Assembly: GCF_004010195.1 (NCBI RefSeq)
Contig: NC_057755.1
Location: 4,463,285-4,509,632 of the forward strand
Length of the DNA: 46,348 bases
Reading direction: 5' to 3'
From: Chiloscyllium plagiosum
Taxonomy: Eukaryota
Part shown: piece by piece, positions 23,609-36,088 of the stretch
Layout of the letters: each line of letters begins with the position of its first letter
Position numbering within the stretch: position 1 is the stretch's first letter
Program-made: the position numbers and the translations under genes
Notes under the pieces: generated by a model
Seen by the model: only the letters and a program-made list of their open reading frames with translations
What the model was told of the DNA's origin: nothing
Database searches by the model: none

Positions 23609-24318
23609 TGTCACGACACGGGGTAAACTCCTCTGCAAATGTGAACCCGACACACAGAAGCTCACCTTGTGCCACAAACTGTTACATTTTGAGAGGCAAA
23701 GAATTATCCCAGATGTGACTATTTAAACAAAAACTAACAATTTTATTCTTTAAATCCCACAGAGCACATTAAAACAACAGCTATTGACAAGTCATTTCTC
23801 TTAAATCTCTCGTTTACCTCTCTACAATACTGGCCCAATAAAAAAAAAATGAAGATTTACAAAAGAAATCACATTTCGAAAACAGCCAGCATTGTAGGTT
23901 TTCCTCTGTATTTTCTTGGGTCATCTTTTCTTCGGTCTTCTGTTGCACAACGTTTCTTATGGACAGTTACCTTTCAGAGAGTTATTCAGGTAGCAGCCTG
24001 TACTTGTGGGTGCTCTTTGCAGATCTCCCCCAACTATTCAAAATGCCTGGTTTTATACCCCCCAAAAATCGGATCATTTCATTGGTTTGATGTCATCCCA
24101 AAAAGTAAAATTAAAATCCGATTGTTTTTTGATATCTGAGGCATAATTTAAACGGATTGGCAGAATTTGAATTTGTTTTTGTTCCATGGCAACATATATC
24201 CAGTTATTTGCTTCAGGCAGATATTCCCTTGTCAAATTGTTCAACTACTCTGTGCTTTCAGTCAGTCCTTGCCAGCTTCCTCTCTCTCTTAACTTTACAG
24301 TACTACACGTTCACAACA
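23609..24318 (-). repeat. 3' LTR
   Basis: Plus strand tgtcacga...tcacaaca (TG...CA); on the minus strand it is immediately preceded by the polypurine tract aaggggatgg; homologous to 28781-29500. Confidence 0.85.
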
Positions 24319-27300
24319 CCATCCCCTTAAGAAAAAATGAGCCATCATAATGAAAAGATTGTTTCATTTTTTCTCTATTAATTACCCACTTACCAGAACA
24401 TGCATATGACATTAATCTTAGTTCATGTTAACTGTTTCCCGCATGTATGTAACATTGAATAGATACCAATCACAGCTATACTTTATCAGCTATATCTGCG
24501 ATGACTCATTTGCGATGTAATTCTTACGACCTGCAACATGTACGATTTGTAAAATGAAAGTCTGTAACATAATACTGCAATGAGATAGTCTTATACTTTT
24601 GTAATATAGAATGTAAGGGGACGATGATCCGTGAACAAAACCGTCTCTAACACATTATTCATGACATACACATTAAAATGTTGTCAGGCCAATACCAAAT
24701 TCAACAGTTCTTTTTCGATCATGGAGTATTTCCTCTGACGGATATAGAGTTTCTTCGAAAAGGAACCAACTGGCAGTTCAATCCCACCCTCAACTTCCTG
24801 TAGCAGTACAGCTCCAACTCCTCTGTCAGTCGCATCGATGGCAACTTTGAAGGGTTTCGAAAGGTTTGGTGCAGCTAAAACTGGGTTGGTGGTTAATATT
24901 GCTTTCAAATGGTCGAATGCCTCCTGGCATTGTTCTGTCCACCGAAACTCTTCTTCAGCAAATCGGTTAACGGTGCCACTACATTGCTGAAGTTTGAAAC
25001 AAACTTCCGATAGATTCCATTGAGTCCCAAAAACGCACCTTTCTTTGAGTTTGGTCGTGGAAATTCCTCCATAGCCTTCATTTTTGTGCTGTGTGTAGTC
25101 AACCTTCCCTGACCGATGATGTGTCCCAAAAATGTCAACTCTGCTTTCACGAATTCAGTTTTGTTTAAGTTTATTACGAGTTTTGCTTCACGTAGTCATT
25201 CAAAGGGCTCTGCCAACTATTGGACTAACTAAAGATCACTATATCGTCCAAATGGATTGCAGTTTGCTAACCCAGTCACAACTCTGTTCATGAGTGTTTG
25301 GAATGTGGTAGGTGCGTTCTTCATTCCAAAAGGCATCACATTAAGCTGATATTTGGGGTTGCAAATGCAGAAATTTTGTTCGCTGTCTCTGATAAAGGTA
25401 CCTGCCAGAAACCACGCATTAAGTCCAACTTAGTGATGTAAATGGCTTATCATACTTTCTTGATACAATCCTCCAATCCCGGAATTGGATATGAGTTTGA
25501 TTTTTTAATGGCATTGACATTCCGATAATCCATGCAGTATCGTTGAGTCCCGTCTGCTTTGGGAACCAAGGCAATCGGCGAATTCCCCTCGTTCTGGCTT
25601 GGTTTGAAGATATTCTCATTGAGCACGGCCTCCATCTCCTTCTCGACCTGTCTGCCTTTGAGAGGATTAAGCCGATAGGGTTGTTGTTTTATCGGAACAG
25701 TTTGCTCTACATCTACTTCATGTACAATAGCATTAGTCCACACGATCTGACTCTTACATATATCCTCATACTGCAGTAACAAATCTTTCAACTGTGTTCA
25801 TTGCTCCTGAGACAGATAATTCACTAACCTATCCTACTCCTTCAGGACTTCTTCATTTTTTTTTAACGTATTTTGAGAAATATAAAAATCCACAATATCT
25901 GGATTTGATTCTTCGCTCTGCGAGGCAGTAACTAACACCTGTTTCTCCAGTTCTTTCTCTCTAGTCTAACACTTTTTTCAAACATGACATGCCCGATACA
26001 GTTTTGTTTTCCCATCTTCACCTGACTCAACCTTTTCTCAATTTGATGGTGACCACTAAACCTGGCTTTGAAGGGATATCCTATCATTGGTAACATGTCA
26101 TCCCCTCGGAAAAGGCCAGAGTCTCATAGTTCTGTTAGGCACATCCATTATGGTGAAGAAGTTCTGGTTCCCACTTTTCATTCTCGGGACAGGACCCACA
26201 CAATCAATTGTAACCCGCATGAAAGGTTCTTCAAATTGGGAATTGTCAACAAATGTGCTGGTTTTATTACTGTCTGTGGCACATTTGGCACGTCGGACAC
26301 AGACAGCAAAAGGTAACTACATCCTTGTGCATTCCACGCCAATGAAAATGTTTTTGTACCTTAGCTTGATTCTTTTGACACAGAGGTGACCTCCTACTCG
26401 TAGTCCATATACTACCCGTGACACATCCTGTCTATATGCTACCAGCAACACAATCTGATGCACTTTGGCACATTTCTCCTCTCCACTAATCTGCCGTGGT
26501 CTCCATTTTCGTCTTATGATTCTATCTTTCAGATAAAAATCCTCAGAATTATTCTCTGCCTCCTTTTTAGAGTATACATCCACATATATAAATATCTTGT
26601 TCCATCTTGTTCTCCTGTTGCAAGTCCCTTAGCCATCCAAGCCTAAACACTCTTGTCTGACCCTCTGCCTGTTCAGGGTTTTCCTGCATCAAACAGGGTC
26701 AAACAGCGTGTCGGCTAACTGAACCTCAACTCCGTCATCTTTCTCTTTAGTTTTTACTTCGTGCTGTGACTTATAATTGTGGGACCTGGTTCCTACACAG
26801 TCTCGGAAAATACCAGGATATTTCTGTTTTAATCCTCAGTTTCTTGGTCTTCCTTGGGCTTCTTCTCAACAAGGGACTACCTTGGACCCTGCCAAATCAT
26901 TCCTCAGATCAAACTGGATTCCTGGACCTGACAATCTGTCATTCACTCCCACTGTAACTTACCCAGTCTTCAGTTGGCACTCCAACCGGATTTTACAAAA
27001 GGGAATGCTAAATCTCTGTCCATCTATTCCACAAATTGCCATACCCTCGGGTAACAGATCAAAAAGAGTGCAAATTCGCTCATCTCTTACTATCAGCGAC
27101 TGGTTAGATTACGCATCTCTCAAAATTATAACTTCGTGTCCTTCTCCCCCTGTTCTTCCTGAGTAATCTTTACCCACAGAGGCGAATTCTTTGTAGAGAT
27201 CAGATACGAACCCCATGCCCAGCCCTTGCCCAGACTGTGCACTCTCCTGCAGCTCCTCGGCTCTTCTTGGGCTGTTCTTTTCTACTTTTGCTATTGCTAC

Positions 27301-28780
27301 TGGCTTAGCCTCTTTTACCACATCTTTTCCCACAGCGCCTTTCCTCATCAACCAGCACTGTGACTTTACGTGTCCCACTTTACTTAAGTGGAAACATCTG
27401 GGGCCGCTCACCTCCTGTCCACCCTCTTGGGCTTCTTTATTTATCCTGTGGTAAATTCTTACCACTATTATCTACTCATGGTTTTGCAGTGTAGGATCTT
27501 CTCTTCTCCCAACTTCTATCCCTCACAAGGCAAGATTCTGGCAGGAAGCTTGTCTAATGCAGCAGCATGTGTCCATCTGCTAATTTTTCTGCCCATCTCA
27601 ATTCTTGACCTTTCTGTTCCTCCACGTGATTTCTTACCATCTCGGGCAGAGAATCCTCCAGCAGAATAACCTCTCTGAGAGCCTGAAATGTTCTCCATTT
27701 TTAAAGCATGCACCCATCTGTAAAATGACTATTTTAAATTCTTTCGAACTTGGCATAAGTCTGACCTGGTCCCTTCTTTTTGTTTCAGAAACACTATCTA
27801 TATGCTTCTGGTATCAATTCATAAGCAGCTAAAGTAGCCTGCTGGGCCTCTTCATAATCTCTTGACCACATATCTGACATCACTAGCTCTGCCTTCCAGT
27901 TTAGTCTTAACTAACATCTGACCACTCCATCTGCCAGCCAATTTTTCAAATGGAATAAAGAATGCTTCGACATCTTTCTCATCAAAATTCAGCAGAGTTT
28001 TGACATATTTGTAAATACCACTACCTTCTCTTTTAATCTCAATCCTGTTAACTTGACTTTGCTGACTAAGTCGCAACCTCTCAAGTTCAAATTCTCTCTC
28101 TCTCCTTTTGCTCAGCTATGAACCTTCTCTCTCTTTCTTAATCCTTTGTCGCTTTCTCTCTCCCTTTCATCTCTCTCTCTCTTTGGCTCTCTCTCTCTCT
28201 CTCTCTCTATCTATCTCTTTGCTCAGCTAAGGATCTTCTCTTTTTCTCTTTTGGATCTTTTTCTTTCTCCTTCTTCTCTCGTTGTTTCTCTCTCTCTTCC
28301 TTTTCTCTCTCTTTGTTTATATCCGATGTATATTTGCCTCAATTGTAAGTTAGGTTTTTCTACCTCTACTGAAATTGTCTTTTTTTTTCTGACACACCTA
28401 ATTGTTTGAGTAATTCGCTTATAATTTCCGCTTTCGTTTAGTCCTTGGTCAAACCCAAAACTAATTTCTTTACTAATTCTAAAAGTATGGCCTTTTTCTT
28501 TCTTTCTAAATTTCCTTGGCAAATTTGAGAATCATCTACAAATCCCAGAATCTGTTTGGCAATTTTAAGAGGCATTTCACTCACGTTTAGTATAACTGAC
28601 AACAACTCACTGAAATTAGACAAATTGTATCACCTACATTTTATTTAAAGATCTCGGACACCAAACGGCAAGTATTAAAATGTACTGGGCTTTCTCACTC
28701 CCCAAATCAATTCAAACCTATTCAAATCCCAGCGTGGATCTGTCTAAACCTGTTCAAATCGCGGACAAAAGCCTCCAAAC

Positions 28781-29500
28781 TCTAAAAGCATGGGTTAAAC
28801 CCCTCTGCTAATTTAAACCAGCAACACAGAAAATAATCACCCCATGCTGTAATCTGTTAAAATTTAAGAGGCAAAGAACCATCCCAGAGGTCACTTTTTA
28901 AGTTAAAAAATAACAACTTTATCCTTTAAGTCTAACAGAGAATATTGAAACCAACATCTATTTTCAACTCCTTTCTCTTAAACTTATCTTTTTCCTCCCA
29001 CTCTACAATACTCGTCTCACAAAAATTCCCGATAAAGATTTACAAAAGAAAATCCCGTTTCAAACCCAATCAGCTTTGCTGCGTCTCCTTTGTGATTTTT
29101 CTCTATAGATTCTCTACATGTTGGCCTCGATGTTCTGCTGTGCAAACGCCTTCCCCAGACAGACACCTTTCAGAGAGCTCTTGAGCTAGCAGTGTCTGTG
29201 GTAGTTCTCTCTCAATTGTTCAAAAATGTCCAGTTTTATACGCTTAAATGTCAGATCGTTTCATTGTTTTTAATATTATCAAAATACTAAATTCAAACTT
29301 GATTGTAGTTTGGTATCTTGGGACATAATTTAAACTGACCGAATTTGAATTTATTTTGGTCTCCTCGCAACCTATCTACTCTATTTGCATCGACCATGAG
29401 CTACATTGTTACCTTGTTCAGAACACTTTAGGTTGTGTCAGGCAGCTATTTTAGCTTTTCAATTCCCTTAAAGGTACGGTACCTCTCCACCTTCATAACA
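28781..29500 (-). repeat. 5' LTR with adjacent degenerate tRNA-Pro-like PBS (28761-28778)
   Basis: Ends tcataaca on the plus strand; collinear with the other LTR; minus strand tggaggcttttgtccgc resembles TGGGGGCTCGTCCGG. Confidence 0.8.
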
Positions 29501-29690
29501 CCTTCTACCATAAAGCCAATTTTGGATCCAGTTGGCTAGGTCTCCTGGATCCCATCGGATTTAACCTTATTCAACAACCTACCCATGTGATACCTTGTAA
29601 AAGGTTTTGCTAAAGTCCATGTAGACAATGGTTACTGCACTGCCGTCATCTACCGTCTTGGTTCCCACTTCAAAAAACTGAATCAATCAG
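29501..29690 (-). mobile_element. CR1 RT internal fragment
   Basis: Minus strand encodes VVYMDFSKTFYKVSHG-like and IQNWL-like motifs (taccttgtaaaaggttttgctaaagtccatgtagacaa). Confidence 0.8.
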
Positions 29691-31139
29691 GACTTGGTTT
29701 AGGCCAGAGTTGGTGAATTGTGTGCAATTCTGGTTACTGCAACAGAGGATGGATGTGTTTGGACTGGAGGGAGTGCAAACGAGATTCATTCAGAATGTTG
29801 CTGGGGGTGTCGCAATGCAGGTCTGAAGAGGGAGGCTCATAAGCTCAGGCTGTTTTCTTCAGAGCAGGAATCGGGGTATATAATACTATGCGGAACATGG
29901 ACATTGCAGATAAAAAGTAGTTTTTTTTTCCCCGTTGTCGAAGGGCCAATAACAACGCGAGATAATTTTAACCTGAAAGGCTTGGGGGACAAAACTCTTC
30001 TCACCTCGAGGATGGGACAAACATGATGGCCCACCCAGCTGCTTCTGTTCTATGTGATTCTGTCATTCTATAATTCTGAAGGGAAGGTTCTGAATTGGTT
30101 TCTTTTCTCGTATTTGTTTGAGTATAAGTTCCAGTTCTTGTTGTGCTCAGTATCAGCTTCAAGTTCTGTATTAGAGTAATCGTTCACAGATAGAATTTAC
30201 CAAATGAGTTGGAAAACTGAATGAACAAGAACAGCAGCGGGATAACCGTGTGCAGTAGATTAGCTATCAAGGTGCTCGACAGCATGAGGTATTGAATGAC
30301 TGAATAACCTCAGCAAAATGAAGGGTTTGCTGGAAATGAGAATCAGAAGATATTTAGATATTTATGGTATTAATAGGATTTGGAATAATACAAGTATTGC
30401 CGTTTGAAGACAAATTGAAATTAACTTTCATGCCTAATAGGATCAGATTAATCCAATTTTTGTGGTATTCAATTACAGTGGCAAATCTCAATGATATCAC
30501 ATCATTAAAATAAACCTGTTGTCATAATCTGTTTGTTCGAAATGATATTAAAAATTTGAAGATATCACCACAGTTTCCCTGTGGAGATGCCATGCAGTAT
30601 AAAAACATTACATCACTGGAACCGTGTCGGTGCCTATTTTTAGAGAATTCTCCCGTTCTGACAGATTGCCAGCAGCAGGAAGAGGTTGTTTCACAAACAA
30701 CAAAATGCATCGTCCAATACAAAAGGTCGCCAAAGAGTACTACACCATCCTTGCTGTTGTTGGTATTCCTGGAAAGTCTTGTAACATCTGAAGTTGTATA
30801 CATCTCTGAATTAAATCAGACTTACTTCCACTCTACGACGCTTAATCATTTTATTTCCATTTAGCAAGGCAATTACTGATGCCAGATGCCAGTATCCTCA
30901 CTTCGCGAGTTTAAAGATATTAGTTGTTTGATTAGGAGGCTCCTCAGTAATGTGCAGCATTGTCTGTTTCTCTATACTGTGCAGAATGCGTTTGCCCTGA
31001 GGCCACACTAATGGGGTTTTGCTGAACACCGGCCCTGACTGGTCTAGAAAGTGTTTAATAAGACCACTCTCTCTCTCTGTGGGAGTTCAAAGCCTGCTAT
31101 TGGTCAGATAGGTTTTGTAATAACCCACCTTTTAGTGAT

Positions 31140-32790
31140 ACCCGGTGTATCACTTGATGTGAAGGGATTGTATGGATGGGTCTTGCACAGACAGCTCGCT
31201 CCAAATGTGAGCCCAGGTAAAACAGGTGGGCAATGATCGAGTTGAGCAAGTAATTTCAGAGTGTGAAGTGAATGTCAGCACAGATAGTTTTGACCATCTT
31301 GTCTGTTTATTCCAGTCAATGGATGTGTGGGCCATGATGTTTGTGAGGACAGTTCACTGGGAGGGGTGTTGAGCGCAAGATTTCAATTATGTTGAATTAT
31401 TTGATTTTCATAAAGCAAGAGAGTTGTGCCAGTTGTAAAACATTGGGCAGTGCTGGTGTGGAGTTTATTTGGACAAATACTGAGATCTGGGGTATAGTGG
31501 TAGCAGCCCTCATACAGAGGATCCAACAATTTTGTCCAACAGGATGTTTCCCACGTTGCCCTTTGTTGCTGTTACACTTTGAAGTTCCTGAAACATTACT
31601 GGTCAATGTGAAGGGGCTTGCACGTACATTTGTTTGGGTTTGTTATTTAGTTTTTGGCTACCAATTTGGATAAGTGTTATTATTATTTTGACTGTTGTTA
31701 ATGTAATTTTGTTGGTACTAACAGAGGACTTATATTTACAAATGGATTCACTGTGAAGCCATAGTGTTACACCGTCAACTTTGTGAAATCTCTGTTCTTC
31801 TACCTGGTCCACAGGGCTCAGAATGTTGGACATTGGGTGGTTCAACAGGATTTTTCACAGATTAAAGACACTTTGGTTTGGGCTGAGTGATGTGTGACTT
31901 AGGGTATTTGATATTGTGTTTGCTCCAACTGTCCAATCGGGATTAACAACATCCGGCCATATGGACTGACAGTTAGCACTGCTGTTGTGACCTTCAGTTG
32001 ACTTGATGTCCAGGACTCAGGCACTCGGTGAGTTGGATGATATATCTGGGTCACCAGTTGATTCATGTCCATCAGTAGCAACTGCTAAAAGAATATGAAT
32101 TATGATGCGGTTTGTTAAATCATTTGATTGTCAAAAAGACATGTGCGTTGTACTGCCTGTTGACCGTGGTTTGCATTATATTCTTTGCCCCATAACATGG
32201 GATATCATTGCATCGATTGTCACACGGGATGTCTGTCCAAACAGTGATTGTGGTTTCCAGGTGGGGTTGTTTATTGGCGGTCACATTTAGGTGCTGAGTA
32301 AAACCAGACTGTTTTGTGGCTATTGAGGGATAGAAATTGAGTTAGTGGAGGGAGTGAGGTAGTATTGAAGGGACGTGTTTTTTCCAGCTAGCACTAGAAT
32401 GTTTATTAATGTTTGCAGTAATGATAATACTGAGCTGTTCATTCACACAGCACATTGTAAATGTCACGGTTGCTGCATCAACCCTACTGGCTGGGACATA
32501 TCTGGCACAGTGTGTTTTACATCAGGGGAGTATCGCAGTGGATCAGGCTCTTTGATGCAATTACGTCCTGTTTCTTCAATTTCAAAATAGTTCATTTGAG
32601 GGAACATGTCATTGTTGGAGTGTTGGATAGGAAAATATCAAACAAATTTCATGTGTTATATGATAAGACTGGAAGATTCAGAGAACATGACTGCCATAGT
32701 GCCAGATGTTACTGCAATACAGAAAATAACAGCAAAAAAAAAATGTTGCTGGAAAAGGTCAGAGTTAATGTTTCAGATCCAGTAACAGTA
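31140..32790 (-). mobile_element. Highly degenerate Penelope-like element (post-RT and GIY-YIG region)
   Basis: Minus-strand fragments resemble the PLE C-terminus (MAHTSIDWNKQ..., ...IQSLHIK*), and a PLE terminal piece (aatgttgctggaaaaggtcagagttaatgtttc) lies at about 32700-32790. Motifs are eroded. Confidence 0.4.
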
Positions 32791-34160
32791 TGCAGTGGAT
32801 AGCAAATGGGAAAACATTTGCAGCCAGCTGTATATGTTTGGTGCTCAGTTTACAAAGTGAAATGTCTTAGTGAACATTAACAGACATGATATCTTTATGA
32901 AATTAAAATGGCAGATCAACAATGTTGATTCAATAAAATGCCCTGTTTTTTGTTGACTCAAATAATACTTTTGATACTAATTAATCTTCCCACAAGGTTA
33001 GGACAAGTTTTTGGACGTGGCAACATTACACTATTTTTTGTACATTAATAAGAATGGATATAGAGCTGGAAATTTAGGCACTATTTCACACCCGGATTTG
33101 ATTAGATTTGGATGAATAATTGTTGAATCTGCTTTTCATAATCTGCCCAGAGTTAATTTTTTAGCAATCGCTGCTCTTCACTTTGAGAAGTGTGTCCTCC
33201 TTGGGCGGAGGAAATGAACCGTGAATCAATCAGCTTTAAGGCAATATATAAAAATAAACATATCAATAGAGTGGGTATGAAAATTCCAGTTTCACGAAAT
33301 AAGTAACTTTTCCATATCTGTGTCACAAAGTCCTTTATCCTCTCTCTTCTTCTGTAGATTCTACGTCAATAACATTACTCACAAGTCCAGTTTCCAGAAT
33401 TAGGAGCATTTCTCTTCTTTTAGTGCGATAAAAAGAAACGTCCCGACTCTGCCAGGACAACAACCTATGTCAATCGTTGCATGTTTATAGTACCGCAGCC
33501 TCTGACTTTCCAACACAGCCGCATGTTGCCTGACCTCCTGTCCCTTTCCACATTCTATCGACTCGTCCTTCCGGCATCTGCTGTCCTTAACATCTTCACA
33601 TGTTAACTCTGTAATGCACCAAACTCAGAATTGTTTACCTTGCATTTACAGAAGGATTGATGATCTGTTCCTCAAGCAGTTATTTTTACTGTTAAATTTT
33701 AATTCCTGAAAGGAAATCTTCAACTCTTAAACATACTAATTATGAGCACATGTTCACAATAAGGAGCCCTTGAGAAACTGACTCAATGAGATTACATCCC
33801 TCTTTGGTTTCATCCTGACTATAGATGAATATGCTTAAGGCTGTTGGAGGTAAATCATCTCATTTGCTGTACATCTCTGCTGGGTTCTGCACGGTTGTAC
33901 CTCGCCCCTAAAATCTGCAGCTGCCTCATCATTGCCCTTCCCTTCATCATAATTACAAAATTAGAGATGTCGATGTAGCTTCGATTCCAGCATCTGCAGG
34001 TTTCTATCTCTATCAATTATCTAGACCAACCATTGATGAGAAAATGACCTGATCTCGTCATACAAGTGCTGTAGCCACAGGGGAATGTCAGACACTCTGA
34101 TTACAGTGACAGTAAGCTCCATGGCTGACTCTCAAATCCATGTGGATCTCTCCAATCCAT

Positions 34161-34248
34161 CCTGAAGAAGGGCTCAAGCCCGAAACGTCGATTCTCTGTT
34201 CCTTGAATGCTACCTGACCTGCTGTGCTTTTCCAGCAACACATTTTCA
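34161..34248 (+). mobile_element. 88-bp Penelope-derived hammerhead-containing insertion with 12-bp flanking direct repeat
   Basis: c-CTGAAGA-A-GGGC-tcaa-GCCC-GAAAC-GTC-gattc...ccagcaacacattttca flanked by tctccaatccat at 34149-34160 and 34249-34260. Confidence 0.8.
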
Positions 34249-35289
34249 TCTCCAATCCATGTCCACCATTTAGAAAGCTCAGCTCGGGGCTTGGATAGAA
34301 TGGTGTCCACATATTGGCTGAGTGCAGCTCAAACGCAATACTGAGCGTAACACTCACAGAGCTCCACATTGTACAGGACAAACATCCTGTCATAGTGATA
34401 GGCACACAGATCATTCAGTGCACACTCTCTTCACCAATAACACTATGAGCAGCAACGAATACCACGTACACGATGAAAACCAGGAATAGTGCAATTCTCT
34501 TTTGAACGGCACCCACCATGATCTCTCGGAAGAACAAGATAGTAGATGCAGAGAAACATCATCACATCCAAGTTCCCTTTCAAACTAGATTTCATTCTGA
34601 CGGAAAAATATTGTCATTGCTTCACTGTTTCTGGGTAAAAATTCTACAGCTGTGCCCCCAAAACACTGTCGGTTTTCCTGTATCTCAGGCAATGTAGACG
34701 GCCAAAAAGGTACGTATCCAGTCCGATCAAAAAGGTGACTAGAGCTGGGCAATGAATACTGCCCCGGCCACTAAAACTCACATTCCAATGGTACATTTAA
34801 AAATAACCACCATTCCCAAATCCGCACGAGGATGTTTCTGAACCCAAAGGGTGGTTAGTGTCTCAGGGAATGTTTCGTTTAGCAGAGAGAAGGAGAAATG
34901 TCTTGGCTGAAAGGGTGGATGCTCAGTGCTGAGTGGACAATTTCGCTGCTCCTTGGATGCTGCCTGAACTGCTGTGCTCTTTCAGCACCACTAATCCAGA
35001 ATCACTGTCACAGCTTATTTTGCCAAGTCCAATACATTTCCCAATTCTTCATGGTTTCAAAGCCAGGAGAATGATCCTATTGCCTCGGTTGTCTGTACTG
35101 GGGACGGGTCTGTGTGTTGATGTTTCAAACTCCAGTAAACTACGCTGAATTGAGTGGACAATCCTTCGAAACTGGATCATATTTAGAGTGGATCATTTCA
35201 TACTTGTGATAATGGATATCCAATCTCTGAGAATCATCTAAAAAGGGAGCAGTTGGCAGCAGCATGGAGTTGGCTGTGCATGGGGATCT

Positions 35290-35625
35290 CCATTTTCTTT
35301 TCTTTCATTGAAGGGACGTGGGTGCGGCTGGTTAGGTCAACATTTACCACCCTTCCCTAATTGCCGAGAGGTAAGAATCAACCAGGTTGTCTTGGGTCTG
35401 GAGTCACATGTAGACGAGACGAGATGAGGATGACAGGTTGCCTTCCCGAAAGAACGTTAGTGATCAGAATGTTTTTTCTCCTGACAACTGTCAAAACTTT
35501 CATTGCCACCATTAGACTCGTTGAATTCCACCATCTGCCATGGGGAATGTTGAACCCAGCTCCACAGATCATTTCATAAGTCTATGAATGAACAGTCTAC
35601 TGATAGGCCCATTAAGCCATTGTCC
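35290..35625 (-). mobile_element. Old tRNA-derived SINE (same family as 2229-2578)
   Basis: gggtctggagtcacatgtagac...ccttcccgaaagaacgttagtga...ttgaattccaccatctgccatgggga. Confidence 0.65.
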
Positions 35626-36056
35626 TCCAACATGCTTAGTAATGGTGTGAAGCCACATGAGAAAGTCTATAGCCTTGACGTGACTTTAAACATTTAGACT
35701 AAAACGTAATGCTGAATTATCGAACACATTTGCTGCACTAGAAAATAGAAAGGCAGGAAGGCTTTGAAAAAGGGGGAACTTAAGGAATGCAAAAGATAGG
35801 GACACCTGGTTTGCAGTACGGCAATTAAGAACATTTACCTTAGCATCCATGAATCTGTGTGAACAGGACACCAAGTGATAACATTCACAGCCGTTCCCTT
35901 GTGAAATTAATGACAGTGTTTGATTCTGACCCTGAAACGAAAGGGGCTATCAAAAACTTTGTAATGAACAGTGAGGCGCTGCCAATTAGAATGAATTATT
36001 ATTACTCTTTGCAAGTGGGGCAGACAGAGAAAGAGAAAAAAAGTATTTGCCGTTAC

Positions 36057-36088
<32 letters not shown>

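Larger units (their letters stand above)
23609..29500 (-). mobile_element. Ty3/Gypsy LTR retrotransposon, Gmr1 type (gag-PR-IN-RT-RH), degenerate
   Basis: LTR-like ends 28781-29500 and 23609-24318. Gag with knuckle CFHLSKVGHVKSQC; protease ILRDA; integrase Zn region GGHLCVKRI (26317-26583); RT PIKQQPYRLNP...YCMDYRNVN...YPIP (25450-25791); RNase H FKVAIDATDRGVGAVLLQE...YSMIEKELL (24684-24908). Confidence 0.95.

Noticed and set aside
28080..28330. CT-rich tract as an independent microsatellite or charged-protein gene
   Set aside because: On the minus strand it is the E/R/K-rich low-complexity part of the LTR element's gag.
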